NCBI GenBank assembly: GCA_034007745.1
Contig: JAVEQI010000001.1
Location: 118,531-182,530 of the forward strand
DNA from: Desulfobacterium sp.
GTDB taxonomy: Bacteria; Desulfobacterota; Desulfobacteria; Desulfobacterales; Desulfobacteraceae
Direction: 5' to 3'
DNA: 64,000 nt
Notes under the pieces: model-generated
The model's input: only the letters and a program-made list of their open reading frames with translations
What the model was told of the DNA's origin: nothing
Database searches by the model: none
Part shown: positions 47,168 through 56,990 of the stretch, piece after piece
Layout of the letters: every line of letters begins with the position of its first letter
How positions within the stretch are numbered: position 1 is the first letter of the stretch
Program-made: the position numbers and the translations under genes

Positions 47168-48825
47168 TGAATAAGGCGGGAAGCCTTCCATGCTATGTCT
47201 CCTTTAACAGCCGGGACTGCACCGGATGCGGAGCCTGCGTCAAGGTCTGTCCCACAAAAGCCATCCGCATCAAAGACGGCAAGAGTATTCTCCTTGTAGA
47301 CAGCTGCATAGGAGGCGGGGAATGCATAGGCGTATGTCCCCGAGAATGCATCACCCCGATCACCTATCCCTACGGACAATTCAAAAAAGCCCGTTTACCA
47401 GTCGTGCTTGTGCCTCCGGTTCTCTACTCCCAGTTCGCCCATGTCCCCCCGAAAAAGGTACTTGCAGGACTCAAACGAATGGGGTTTAAACACACAGTGG
47501 ACATGTCCTACTTCCTGACCATGTTTAAAAAGGCCACAGAACAGCACATACAAAGCCTTGGCACACCCGGAGAGGGGCGTCCGGTCATCTCCACTCTCTG
47601 CCCTGTGGTGCTGCGACTGATCGCCTTCAGGTTCCCAAGCCTCATGGGCCTTCTCCACCCGGTGCTCAGACCCGTATCCCTCATGGTCAAGGATGTGGCC
47701 ACCTTTCTCGCCAGACACCATGGCGTCGCTATCGGGGAGATTTCCATCTTCTACTTAAACCCATGCTCCACCAAGATGACGCCGGAAAGCTCGACCCACC
47801 ACCACACCACACCCTACCCTTCCAGAACCATCGGAATCAACCAGATCTATGCAGAGCTAAAGCATGAGATAAAATCCCTGGAAAGCTTGCCCCTTAACTC
47901 ACCCCTGGCCTCGGAACACGAATTCGAGTTTGAAGAACCACCAACGGGCAGCAGCCTTTTATGGGCCATTTCAGGAGGAGAGACGGCCGGAACCACCATC
48001 CAGAACTCAATCGCAATATCCGGCATGGATCAGACCATTGAGTATCTTGAGAAATTAGAACTCGGTCTTTTCAAGGAGTATGACTTTATTGAATTCAGGA
48101 CATGCCGGGAGGGGTGTGTGGGCGGTCCTTTGTGCGCCGTTGACAAGTATGGGGCAAAAAACAACCTGCTCCAGCACATTGCAAGGCTTGAGATAAAGGA
48201 TCGCCATGAAAAAAGTCCCATTAAGAATGTCTATGCAAAAGAGCGGTTTTTTGACCGTTTGACCTCCGCAAAGATGGAAAAAATTTTTGGTCAGAAAAAA
48301 GAACCTCTCTCCATTGCAGACCTCACCAATATCAACCAGATATATGATCAACTGCCCGGGTTCAACTGTTCGGCCTGCGGAGCACCCGACTGCCGCACCT
48401 TTGCCGAGGATGTTGTCAGGGGGAGGGCCGCTCTGGGAGAATGCAGAATACTTGGACAGAAAATTTCACCCGATAAAAGGAGCAAAATGTTGAAAGTAAA
48501 GGATTTAAAGGACAGGTTGAACCTTGTCCTCGCAGCTGGAGAAGAGGGGCTTGACCGCTCCTTTTCAGGCGGGTACTGCGGGGACCTTTTAAGCGATGTC
48601 ATGGCAAATGCTTTGGAACATAACGTCTGGCTGACGGTCCAGGCCCACCAGAACATTGTTGCCGTGGCCGTGCTAAAGGAGATCTCCTGCATCATCATAA
48701 CCTGCGGCAACCGACCGGACCAGGCTACCTGCCGCAAGGCCGACGAAGAAAAGATCCCCCTGTTTTTATCGGACCGGACGGCCTTTGACCTTGCAGCAGA
48801 AGTTGGTCTGCTTCAGGCGGAGTGA
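47167..48825 (+). CDS. [FeFe]-hydrogenase-like (H-domain) protein with an N-terminal ferredoxin domain and C-terminal 4-Cys Fe-S and DRTGG domains; putative sensory type
   Basis: CTGCGACVKVCP plus a degenerate CIGGGECIGVCP. H-cluster motifs: L1 STLCP (canonical TSCCP, first Cys is Leu144), L2 NPCSTKMTPE, L3 EFRTCREGCVGGP. Then CSACGAPDCRTFAEDVVRG...C (RnfB-type Fe-S domain) and a DRTGG-like tail. Confidence 0.75.
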   Translation: MNKAGSLPCYVSFNSRDCTGCGACVKVCPTKAIRIKDGKSILLVDSCIGGGECIGVCPRECITPITYPYGQFKKARLPVVLVPPVLYSQFAHVPPKKVLAGLKRMGFKHTVDMSYFLTMFKKATEQHIQSLGTPGEGRPVISTLCPVVLRLIAFRFPSLMGLLHPVLRPVSLMVKDVATFLARHHGVAIGEISIFYLNPCSTKMTPESSTHHHTTPYPSRTIGINQIYAELKHEIKSLESLPLNSPLASEHEFEFEEPPTGSSLLWAISGGETAGTTIQNSIAISGMDQTIEYLEKLELGLFKEYDFIEFRTCREGCVGGPLCAVDKYGAKNNLLQHIARLEIKDRHEKSPIKNVYAKERFFDRLTSAKMEKIFGQKKEPLSIADLTNINQIYDQLPGFNCSACGAPDCRTFAEDVVRGRAALGECRILGQKISPDKRSKMLKVKDLKDRLNLVLAAGEEGLDRSFSGGYCGDLLSDVMANALEHNVWLTVQAHQNIVAVAVLKEISCIIITCGNRPDQATCRKADEEKIPLFLSDRTAFDLAAEVGLLQAE

Positions 48826-49585
48826 TCCCTTGCCCCGGGCAGACAAACAATGCTTCAGGGCAGATCTCCACATCCACACCTGTCTCTCCCCCTGTGGAGA
48901 ATGGGAGATGACCCCGCAACGAATAATCAAACGGGCCAGGGACCTTAATCTGGACATCCTGGCAATCTGTGATCACAACTCATCAAAAAATGCCAGACCC
49001 ATTGTAGAGCTTGGTAAAATTGCAGGCATCCTTGTTCTGCCGGGCCTTGAAATCTGCACACGAGAGGAGGTTCACCTGCTTGGTATCCACAAACGGGTTC
49101 ACCAGGCAGAGGCCGTGGCAGATGAGATTTACCGGGGACTTACTCAGGACAACGCCCCCGATATTTTTGGTTTTCAGGTCATTGCCGACGAACAGGACAT
49201 GGTGATCGGACAGGAGCCAAAACTACTGATCCAGGCTTGTCACCTCACGGTCCAGGAGGCTGTGGATCTCATTCACCGGGAACAGGGCCTTGCCATTGCC
49301 GCCCACATCGACCGACCAAGCTACAGCATCCTTGGCCAGCTTGGCTTCATCCCTCATGATCTCAGCCTTGACGGCATCGAAATAACGGCCAGAACAATGG
49401 CCCAAAGACAGGAACACTATTTTCTTGACAAAACTTCACTGCCCTGTTTAGTATCATCCGACGCCCACCGCCTGGCTGAAATAGGACAGGGAATCACCCT
49501 GTTTAACATGACCGGCAAAACATTTGAAGCCATGGCATCAGCGCTGAAAAAGGGCAATACCGATTTCCAGACAAGAGGATTTTAA
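48785..49585 (+). CDS. PHP-domain phosphoesterase
   Basis: ADLHIHTCLSPCG and ICDHNS metal-binding motifs. The start is uncertain; TTG candidates are at 48785, 48803 and 48830, and the last lies just after the upstream stop. Confidence 0.7.
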   Translation: MTLQQKLVCFRRSDPLPRADKQCFRADLHIHTCLSPCGEWEMTPQRIIKRARDLNLDILAICDHNSSKNARPIVELGKIAGILVLPGLEICTREEVHLLGIHKRVHQAEAVADEIYRGLTQDNAPDIFGFQVIADEQDMVIGQEPKLLIQACHLTVQEAVDLIHREQGLAIAAHIDRPSYSILGQLGFIPHDLSLDGIEITARTMAQRQEHYFLDKTSLPCLVSSDAHRLAEIGQGITLFNMTGKTFEAMASALKKGNTDFQTRGF

Positions 49586-49593
49586 ACGATAAG

Positions 49594-50127
49594 TTGAAAG
49601 AGCTGTCACTGCACATCCTGGACCTTGCTGAGAACAGCATTCAGGCAGGGGCAAGTAAGGTGGGTATTGCAATAGACGAGACTCATCTTGACACCCACAT
49701 CAAGATCACGGTCACGGACAACGGCAGGGGCATTGATCCCGAAAGGCTTGCGGTTATTTCTAATCCCTTTGTCACCTCCAGGACCACAAGAAGGGTGGGA
49801 CTGGGAATTTCTCTTTTCAAGGCGGCATCCCAAAGGTGCGATGGGGAGTTCTCCATTCAAAGCCGGGAAGGCAAAGGAACGACGATCTCGGCCACCTTTG
49901 CCATCGACCACCTGGACAGAGCCCCGGTGGGTGATATGGGCGCCACCATCACAAATCTTATTGCGGGTTACCCCGACATAGGTATAAAATACCATCATAG
50001 GCTTTATGGCGACAGCTTTACAATGGACACGACCGAACTTGCAGCAGGCCTGGATACAGTGGAACTCAACGACCCGGCCATCCTGTCCAGGATAAAAGAG
50101 ATGGTAAACGACTTTTGCAGACAATAA
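49594..50127 (+). CDS. Stand-alone HATPase_c (GHKL) protein
   Basis: HILDLAENSIQAGA, DNGRGI and GLGISL motifs. TTG start. Confidence 0.65.
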   Translation: MKELSLHILDLAENSIQAGASKVGIAIDETHLDTHIKITVTDNGRGIDPERLAVISNPFVTSRTTRRVGLGISLFKAASQRCDGEFSIQSREGKGTTISATFAIDHLDRAPVGDMGATITNLIAGYPDIGIKYHHRLYGDSFTMDTTELAAGLDTVELNDPAILSRIKEMVNDFCRQ

Positions 50128-50173
50128 CCGTCACGGCCGTAGCAAAGTTTCTAATTAGAATAAGGATGTAAAA

Positions 50174-50542
50174 ATGGCAAAAATTTCAGTGGAAGATCTA
50201 CGACAAATCAAGGAAAAAACCTCCCAGAATTCATCGCTCAGGGGAGGTACGACAACGGTTAAAATAACAGTCCACATGGGAACCTGCGGCATTGCTGCAG
50301 GGGCAAGGAGTGTCATGGACACCCTTTTGGAAGAAAAGATCAAATCAGATAAAACAGACATCAAAATAGTTGCCGCAGGCTGTCTTGGCATGTGCAACAG
50401 CGAGCCCAACGTCACCGTTGAAATACTTGGGCAGGAAACCATAGTATACAAAAAAATGGACCCCAACAAAACAAGACAGGTATTCAGACGCCACATCCTG
50501 AAGGGGGAAGTCCAGACCGATTTTGCCCTGGCAAAGGGGTAA
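50174..50542 (+). CDS. Thioredoxin-like [2Fe-2S] ferredoxin
   Basis: VHMGTCGIAAGA ... AGCLGMCNSEPNV is the 4-Cys motif. Confidence 0.8.
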   Translation: MAKISVEDLRQIKEKTSQNSSLRGGTTTVKITVHMGTCGIAAGARSVMDTLLEEKIKSDKTDIKIVAAGCLGMCNSEPNVTVEILGQETIVYKKMDPNKTRQVFRRHILKGEVQTDFALAKG

Positions 50543-50543
50543 A

Positions 50544-50578
50544 TAGCTATTAGTAGTTAGCTTTTAGCCGTTAGCTAA
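50544..50578. repeat. GTTAGCT motif array, family C (TAGCTATTAGTAGTTAGCTTTTAGCCGTTAGCTAA)
   Basis: Two GTTAGCT copies, with the core GTTAGCTTTTAG shared with the copies at 2793 and 28916. Confidence 0.5.
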
Positions 50579-50615
50579 GAAGTTAACACCAACCATCTAG
50601 GAGGATAAACCAATT

Positions 50616-52265
50616 ATGGGTGTCAAAATCATTGAGCAAACTGAATCAGCCTATGCCTACCCGCTGCTGATCAAAAACCTTCTGACCAACTCTCTTGTAC
50701 GTTCCCCAGACCAGGAGATTATCTACAGGGATCAGATGCGCTATACCTACCGGGACTTCCACCGGCGGGTGGCCCAGCTTGCCAACGGCCTTGAAGGACT
50801 CGGTGTAAAACAGGGAGACACGGTTGCCGTCATGGATTTTGACAGCCATCGCTACCTTGAGTGTTATTTTGCCGTGCCCATGATGGGAGCCGTGCTTCAC
50901 ACGGTTCATATAAGGCTGTCGCCCGAGCAGATCCTCTACACCATCAACCATGCAGAGGATGACGTTCTCCTTGTGAATTCGGAGCTTCTTCCCCTTTTAG
51001 AGCCCATCTACTCCAAGATTAAAACCGTTAAAAAAATTATTCTGATGAGGGAAACCGATCAAGAGCCCGAAACAGCGATTGAATTTGCAACCGATTATGA
51101 AACCCTGGTAACCGGTTCCAAGGAGACCTATGATTTCCCGGATTTTGACGAAAATGCCATGGCCACGACCTTTTACACCTCCGGCACCACGGGTGACCCC
51201 AAGGGTGTCTACTTCAGCCACCGTCAGATCGTGATGCACACCTTCGGTCTGATGACGGGACTTTGCGCCTATCACTCCCAGGCTGTAATGACCTCAAAGG
51301 ACGTTTATATGCCCCTCACCCCCATGTTCCACGTCCATGCCTGGGGTATGCCGTATCTTTTTACCATGCTCGGCAACCGCCAGGTCTATCCCGGCCGGTA
51401 TGAGCCTGCCATGATCTTGAAACTCGTAGTCACGGAAAAGGTCACCTTTTCCCACTGTGTTCCAACAATAATCCACATGCTTGTCAACTCACCTGTGATC
51501 AAAACCGTGGATCTTTCCGCCTGGAAGGTAGTCATTGGCGGTTCAGCCCTTCCAAAGGGACTCTGTACGGCTGCCATGAAGGCAAACATCAACCTTTATT
51601 CAGCCTATGGCATGTCTGAGACCTGCCCGCTCCTCACAGTTGCGCACATTAAGCCCCACATGGAAGATTGGGACGAAGAACGGCTGATCGACATCCGATG
51701 CAAAACAGGTCTTCCCATTCCCCTTGTGGATCTTGAAATTATAGACCCATTGGGGAACCCGGTGCCCCACGACGGAATTCAGACGGGGGAAGTGGTTGCA
51801 AGAACCCCCTGGCTCACCCAGGGATACCTCAAAAGTCCTGAAAAGAGCGAAGAACTCTGGCAGGGGGGCTGGCTCCACACAGGAGACGTGGGTAACATCG
51901 ATGCCGAAGGCTATCTAAAGATTACCGACCGTGTAAAAGATGTTATCAAGACGGGCGGTGAGTGGGTATCTTCCCTTGAGTTAGAAGACATAGCAAGCCG
52001 TCATCCTGCCGTGAGTGAAGCCGCAGCCATAGGTATCACCGACGAGAAATGGGGAGAGAGACCCATTGTTCTTGTAGTTCTAAAGGAAGAGATGAAAGGC
52101 CAGGACCTTGAGGCCGATATAAAGCAGGCCTTTGTTGACCAGTATGACCTGGGAAATCTTCCTAAGTACGGCATTCCCGACCAGATTCTACTCGTGGATT
52201 CCATTCCAAAAACAGGGGTTGGCAAACTCGATAAAAAGGTGATCCGAAGTCAATACAATGAATAA
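50616..52265 (+). CDS. AMP-forming fatty-acid--CoA ligase
   Basis: YTSGTTGDPKG AMP-binding motif, GWLHTGD and GKLDKK. RBS AGGAGG. Confidence 0.85.
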   Translation: MGVKIIEQTESAYAYPLLIKNLLTNSLVRSPDQEIIYRDQMRYTYRDFHRRVAQLANGLEGLGVKQGDTVAVMDFDSHRYLECYFAVPMMGAVLHTVHIRLSPEQILYTINHAEDDVLLVNSELLPLLEPIYSKIKTVKKIILMRETDQEPETAIEFATDYETLVTGSKETYDFPDFDENAMATTFYTSGTTGDPKGVYFSHRQIVMHTFGLMTGLCAYHSQAVMTSKDVYMPLTPMFHVHAWGMPYLFTMLGNRQVYPGRYEPAMILKLVVTEKVTFSHCVPTIIHMLVNSPVIKTVDLSAWKVVIGGSALPKGLCTAAMKANINLYSAYGMSETCPLLTVAHIKPHMEDWDEERLIDIRCKTGLPIPLVDLEIIDPLGNPVPHDGIQTGEVVARTPWLTQGYLKSPEKSEELWQGGWLHTGDVGNIDAEGYLKITDRVKDVIKTGGEWVSSLELEDIASRHPAVSEAAAIGITDEKWGERPIVLVVLKEEMKGQDLEADIKQAFVDQYDLGNLPKYGIPDQILLVDSIPKTGVGKLDKKVIRSQYNE

Positions 52266-52572
52266 AATATCTAAAAAACTCATTCCCATTGGTTCCATCC
52301 TCGCAAAGGCCCTTGACAGTCTGCGGCCAAGCGAGGACCTTGACATGACACGGATCTGGGACCTTTGGGATGGGACATTGGATCAAAGCGTTGCTGAGAA
52401 CTCAAAGCCCGGGGCTTTTAAGGATGGAACCCTTATCGTTCACGTATCAAGCAGTGTCTGGCTTCAGCATTTACGATTCATGGAAGCCGACCTTAAGACA
52501 CGACTTAACCAGGCCCTTGGCAGGCCCCTTGTAAAAGAGCTTCGATTCAAAATTGCAACACTGCACACCTGA
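52258..52572 (+). CDS. DUF721 / DciA-like protein
   Basis: W..W.......A.NS.P..F.DGTLIVHVSSSVWLQHLRF...L matches the DUF721 pattern. It overlaps the ligase stop by 8 nt. Confidence 0.6.
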   Translation: MNKISKKLIPIGSILAKALDSLRPSEDLDMTRIWDLWDGTLDQSVAENSKPGAFKDGTLIVHVSSSVWLQHLRFMEADLKTRLNQALGRPLVKELRFKIATLHT

Positions 52573-52585
52573 ATTATCATTAAAG

Positions 52586-53212
52586 ATGCTGCAGCCGGAG
52601 ACGGGGTATCGCTTCTCAATTGACCCGATCATCCTTGCAGGCCAAGCAAATCCTTTCCCCAACGACAGGATTGCAGATCTTGGTACCGGCTGCGGCATTG
52701 TTTCCCTTATAATCTCCAAGAAACACCCTGAAACCCGCACCACCGGCGTTGAGATCCAGGCGGCGCTTGCGGCCATTGCAAGAAAAAACGTCGAGGAAAA
52801 CAAATTAACCAACAGGGTCTCCATTCTTTTAAAGGACATAAGAGAGCTTATGCCTGGAGATCTTGGCGGGCGGGTAGACCTTGTTGTCACCAACCCTCCC
52901 TACATTAAACAGGGATGCGGACGAATCAACCCCGACTCCCAGAGAGCCATTGCCCGCCATGAGGTTATGCTCACCCTTGACCAGCTCCTTGCCGCAGCAA
53001 CGAGAATTCTAACCGCCCATGGCCGTTTCATGATCATTTTTCCCATGGAGAGACTCCATGAAGTTGTTGACAAGACAAGACTCCACAACCTGAGACCTTC
53101 CACCATAAGGTTCATACACACGAAAAAAAACAAACCAGCCGAGCTTTTCATCCTCACAGCCGTTAACAACAGCAACCCATTTTTAACCATGCTTCCCGCC
53201 ATGTTTTTATAA
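52586..53212 (+). CDS. SAM-dependent N6-adenine methyltransferase, TrmN6/YfiC-like
   Basis: DLGTGCG SAM motif and the VVTNPPY catalytic motif. Confidence 0.7.
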   Translation: MLQPETGYRFSIDPIILAGQANPFPNDRIADLGTGCGIVSLIISKKHPETRTTGVEIQAALAAIARKNVEENKLTNRVSILLKDIRELMPGDLGGRVDLVVTNPPYIKQGCGRINPDSQRAIARHEVMLTLDQLLAAATRILTAHGRFMIIFPMERLHEVVDKTRLHNLRPSTIRFIHTKKNKPAELFILTAVNNSNPFLTMLPAMFL

Positions 53213-53343
53213 CCCACACGTCCTTACGGACACAACGAAGAGTGAAATTCGACAGCAGAAGGGAGTCAGGATCTTGTTTCAAGTTTCTTGTAGGGAGTTT
53301 CATAAAAAAAACCAAAATTAAAATTGATGAAACCATTACTTAC

Positions 53344-53372
53344 TTGACACAAAAATCAAAACAGGATATTAA
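53344..53372 (+). promoter_or_regulatory. Sigma70-type promoter of tRNA-Ser
   Basis: TTGACA, N17, TATTAA, ending 20 nt before the tRNA 5' end. Confidence 0.5.
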
Positions 53373-53392
53373 CACCGAGTCATTGTTACTGC

Positions 53393-53482
53393 GGAGAGAT
53401 GACCGAGTGGCTGAAGGTGCACGCCTGGAAAGCGTGTGTACTGTTACAGGTACCGAGAGTTCGAATCTCTCTCTCTCCGCCA
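53393..53482 (+). tRNA. tRNA-Ser (anticodon GGA)
   Basis: GGAGAGA/TCTCTCC acceptor stem, CACGC-CTGGAAA-GCGTG anticodon arm, long variable arm, GAGAG-TTCGAAT-CTCTC T arm, CCA encoded. Confidence 0.9.
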
Positions 53483-53513
53483 TCCTCTTTTTTTCAGCTT
53501 TTTTTCGGGTAAA

Positions 53514-55322
53514 ATGTCATACCGTGTTTTAGCTCTTAAATACCGTCCCCAGACCTTTGACAAGGTTGTCGGTCAACCCCAGGTAACGACCACCCTGACC
53601 AATGCCATTCTATCCGGTCGTGTGCCCCATGCCATTCTTCTGACCGGGCCGAGGGGAACCGGCAAGACAACCATTGCCCGTATTCTTGCCAAGGCCATGA
53701 ACTGTGCCAACGGCCCGACCCCGACCCCCTGCAACATCTGTAAATCCTGCACCAGCATCACCGCTGGAAATGATGTCGACGTTTTTGAAATCGACGGGGC
53801 CTCAAACAACAGCGTTGAACAGGTCCGGGAACTGAGGGATAACGTGGCATACATGCCTTCGTCCTCCAAGTTCAAGATCTACATTATCGACGAGGTTCAC
53901 ATGCTGAGCATGGCGGCCTTTAACGCACTATTAAAGACCCTGGAAGAGCCGCCCGATCACGTTATTTTCATCTTTGCCACAACCGAAGTACACAAAATCC
54001 CGGTGACCATCCTTTCCAGATGCCAGCGTCATGATCTTGGAAGAATAACCCTGTCCCAGATCTCGTCACATTTAATGAAGCTTGCAGCAGCCGAGGGCTT
54101 TGCCCTCGCCCGGGAAAGCTGTGACCTGATAGCCAGCGAGGCTGATGGCTCCATGCGGGATTCGTTGAGCCTTCTTGACCGTATACTCGGAAGCCAGACA
54201 CAAATCCCTGAACAAACATCAGATCAGACACCAGACCAATCCCCAGGGGAACCATCCGGAAAACAAGAAGTCAACCATACCGAAATTCTCGCCACCCTTG
54301 GAATTATAGACAAGGCCCTTGTATTTGACCTTGCCGCCGCCGTTCTGGAAAACAGAGCCGCCGACATTCTGGACCTTGTGGACCATATCCACAATCTGGG
54401 ACTTGATCTGAAACGCTTTTACGCCTCCCTCATCCGGCACTTCAGGAACCTGGCTGTTGTAAAAATTTCTAACAACGATAAAAACACCTGCGATGTTTCA
54501 GACCATGACCGCCAGAGAATGGCCGCACTCACAGCCCCCCTGTCCCAGGTATTTTTAAACCAGATACTCAACACCCTTCTGAACGACGAATCCTTGGTAA
54601 AATTTTCTTCCCACACAAGAACAGCCGTTGAGATGGTGCTTTTAAAACTTGTCCAGGTTCGACCCGGAGTTGAGATAGACGAAATAATCAAACGTCTGGA
54701 CGATCTTGCTCAAAGGTTTGATTCCCCCGGCTTTCAAGGGCCGTTCCCTGGGACATCCCCGCCTCCCGGAGCACTCCGGCAGGATTCAGCAGGACAGAGC
54801 ATGCAGATCCCCACAACACAGCAACCGGAAGCACTTGCCCGGGTTGAACCCGGGAGAGCTCCCATTGACGAAAATTCTGCACCCAGACACCCCAGGACCG
54901 ATCTTTCCCAGAACAACCTTCTCCAGACAGATTCATCCCCTGAGGATTTGGCCCGGAAATGGCAACCTTTTTTAAAGGCCCTTACAGGCTCGCTTCCCTC
55001 TGCAGCGGCCATCCTGACCAAAGGCCGGTTGCAAAAAATTTCAAACACTGATATTGTTGTCGAGTTAAATGTAAAACCCTTTGAAAGGGGCAGAATAGAG
55101 TCCAGACAATCGGATATCGAGTCCTTGATTAAGGATTTTTTTGGACGGAAAATGAAACTGATCATGGTTGGGGAATGTGCCCCTGAAGACTATGATACTG
55201 ATGAAAAAAGCCCGGCCAGAAAAAGGCAGGAGATGTTAAACCACCCCCTTGTGGCCGATGCAATAAAAAGGTTTAACGCAAGTGTCGTTGACGTAAAATT
55301 AAAAGAGAGGAACAACCCGTGA
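53514..55322 (+). CDS. dnaX: DNA polymerase III subunits gamma/tau
   Basis: [30 protein letters not shown], Zn module CNICKSC, DEVHML. The ORF-track start 53436 would overlap tRNA-Ser, so ATG 53514 is used. Confidence 0.9.
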   Translation: MSYRVLALKYRPQTFDKVVGQPQVTTTLTNAILSGRVPHAILLTGPRGTGKTTIARILAKAMNCANGPTPTPCNICKSCTSITAGNDVDVFEIDGASNNSVEQVRELRDNVAYMPSSSKFKIYIIDEVHMLSMAAFNALLKTLEEPPDHVIFIFATTEVHKIPVTILSRCQRHDLGRITLSQISSHLMKLAAAEGFALARESCDLIASEADGSMRDSLSLLDRILGSQTQIPEQTSDQTPDQSPGEPSGKQEVNHTEILATLGIIDKALVFDLAAAVLENRAADILDLVDHIHNLGLDLKRFYASLIRHFRNLAVVKISNNDKNTCDVSDHDRQRMAALTAPLSQVFLNQILNTLLNDESLVKFSSHTRTAVEMVLLKLVQVRPGVEIDEIIKRLDDLAQRFDSPGFQGPFPGTSPPPGALRQDSAGQSMQIPTTQQPEALARVEPGRAPIDENSAPRHPRTDLSQNNLLQTDSSPEDLARKWQPFLKALTGSLPSAAAILTKGRLQKISNTDIVVELNVKPFERGRIESRQSDIESLIKDFFGRKMKLIMVGECAPEDYDTDEKSPARKRQEMLNHPLVADAIKRFNASVVDVKLKERNNP

Positions 55323-55630
55323 ACAATATGAGCAGTATGATGAAACAGGCCCAAAAGCTTCAGAAAAAAATGCTCAAGATGCAGGAAGAACTTGCTACGA
55401 AAACAGTCGAAGCTACTGCAGGTGGGGGCATGGTAAAGGTTATTGCCAACGGCAGCCAGAAGATTGAAGCCATCACCCTTGAACCTGAAGTTGTAGACCC
55501 GGAAGATATTGAAATGCTCCAGGACCTTATCCTTGCTGCGACAAACGATGCCCTTAATAAATCCCAGGAGATGGTCTCCGCCCAGATGGGCAAGCTCACC
55601 GGCGGCATGAACATCCCTGGTATGATGTAG
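55319..55630 (+). CDS. ybaB: YbaB/EbfC nucleoid-associated protein
   Basis: [17 protein letters not shown]......[11 protein letters not shown]. The dnaX-ybaB-recR order is conserved. Confidence 0.85.
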   Translation: MNNMSSMMKQAQKLQKKMLKMQEELATKTVEATAGGGMVKVIANGSQKIEAITLEPEVVDPEDIEMLQDLILAATNDALNKSQEMVSAQMGKLTGGMNIPGMM

Positions 55631-55635
55631 CGCCT

Positions 55636-56241
55636 GTGGATCTCTATCCCGAATCCATCCTGAACCTTATAAGGAGCCTGTCAACACTTCCAGGGATAGG
55701 AAGGAGAACAGCCGAACGTCTGGCCCTTCACATACTCCACGCCCCCCTCCACGAGGCCCAGGCTATTGCCAAAGATATCCTTGAGCTCAAACAGCGGGTT
55801 ACCCTTTGCCGAACATGCTTCTCCCTGAGCGACCAGGACGAGTGCCAGATATGCAGCAACCCACGGCGGGATGCATCGATCATCTGCGTTGTGGAGAACC
55901 CCACGGACATTGTGGCCATTGAAAAGTCAGGTGCCTTTTTTGGACTTTACCATGTTCTTGGAGGGGCACTTTCGCCCATGGACGGCATCGGACCGGATGA
56001 ACTGAGGATGCAGGAACTTTTTTCAAGGGCTTTCAGGAAAAAGACAGCAGAAGTGATCATTGCCACGGGAACAGATGTGGAGGGCGAAGCAACGGCATCT
56101 TATATTTCAGATCGCCTTCGGAAAAAAGGCGTAAACGTTACAAGAATTGCCTCAGGGGTTCCCATGGGCGGCGATTTTCAATACGTTGACCAGGTAACCA
56201 TGCAGCGGGCAATGGAGGGCAGACACGGATATGGATCCTGA
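55636..56241 (+). CDS. recR: Recombination protein RecR
   Basis: LPGIGRRTAERLA (HhH), C4 Zn finger CRTC...CQIC, Toprim region. GTG start. Confidence 0.9.
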   Translation: MDLYPESILNLIRSLSTLPGIGRRTAERLALHILHAPLHEAQAIAKDILELKQRVTLCRTCFSLSDQDECQICSNPRRDASIICVVENPTDIVAIEKSGAFFGLYHVLGGALSPMDGIGPDELRMQELFSRAFRKKTAEVIIATGTDVEGEATASYISDRLRKKGVNVTRIASGVPMGGDFQYVDQVTMQRAMEGRHGYGS

Positions 56242-56662
56242 AACGATTTCAGGGGCTGAGATCTTCGACTGCACCCAGTGCGGCCAATGCTGCACCGGCT
56301 TCGGCGGGACCTATGTGAACGGGAACGAGATAAAAAGGATAGCCTCATTTATCGCCTGTGACCCTGAAGCCTTTACCCGGCAATACTGTGATAGATCAGG
56401 CTCTAAGTGGGTCATCACCCAGGGGAGCAACGGTTCATGCATCTTTTTTGATAAAAACTGCACCATTCACCCCGTAAAACCCTATATGTGCAGGGCCTGG
56501 CCTTTTTTAAGAACGATCATAAAAAATCCTGAGAACTGGGAAGCCATGGCCAAATCCTGCCCGGGCATGCGAAAGGGCGTGGCTTTAGACCTGCTCAGTA
56601 AAATTGCTGCCCAGGAGGTCGAACGTCTTGATGCCTCTTATCCCTGTTCAACCTCCCAGTAG
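56231..56662 (+). CDS. YkgJ-family (CxxCxxCC) cysteine-cluster protein, second copy
   Basis: CTQCGQCCTGFGG ... CTIHPVKPYMCRAWPF. Confidence 0.65.
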   Translation: MDPETISGAEIFDCTQCGQCCTGFGGTYVNGNEIKRIASFIACDPEAFTRQYCDRSGSKWVITQGSNGSCIFFDKNCTIHPVKPYMCRAWPFLRTIIKNPENWEAMAKSCPGMRKGVALDLLSKIAAQEVERLDASYPCSTSQ

Positions 56663-56767
56663 AGGCATAGGCTATCCCAGGCCTCTACCAGGTGATTAGC
56701 AGTTCCGGCTTTTATGCAACCATTTTTCCAGACACGTGGCTTGAACCCGGCCTAGGACAGGCTTGGC

Positions 56768-56927
56768 TCAAGCCCCTGAAAACATGCCTTCATACAGGCT
56801 CAGCATCCTCTCTTCAACATAGTTCTGTTCCCGGCGTCCCGGCGTCATGGCCGCTGCTGAACCGGCTGCAACACCGAGAAGAACAGATTTTCTGACGGAT
56901 TCCCCCTGGCAATGCTCAAAATAATAC
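56768..56927 (-). pseudogene. Remnant of the 3' end of a pfkB-family kinase gene (duplicate of 62951..63105)
   Basis: Hand alignment to 62951-63105 gives about 20 substitutions and three indels in roughly 155 nt. One indel is a 7-nt tandem duplication, CCCGGCG CCCGGCG reading on the minus strand, that breaks the frame. No upstream remainder of the gene is present. Confidence 0.7.
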
Positions 56928-56990
56928 TTTGAGATTTTTCTGGATGGATATTTCCTGGAGGAAGGCAGTTTTTATTTACTAAACTGGCTT

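Noticed and set aside
53436-53513. The ORF-track 5' extension of dnaX (start 53436).
   Set aside because: It would translate through tRNA-Ser (53393..53482). The canonical DnaX N-terminus [15 protein letters not shown] begins at 53514.
55204-55211. An A6G run in dnaX, considered as a possible gamma/tau programmed -1 frameshift site.
   Set aside because: In the zero frame it reads GAA AAA AGC, not A AAA AAG. It also lies only about 40 codons from the C-terminus, so it could not generate a gamma-like product.
56692-56895. 67-aa plus-strand ORF after the ykgJ-like gene.
   Set aside because: It is the antisense reading of the pfkB 3' remnant. The equivalent antisense ORF (62967..63356) exists opposite the intact pfkB.
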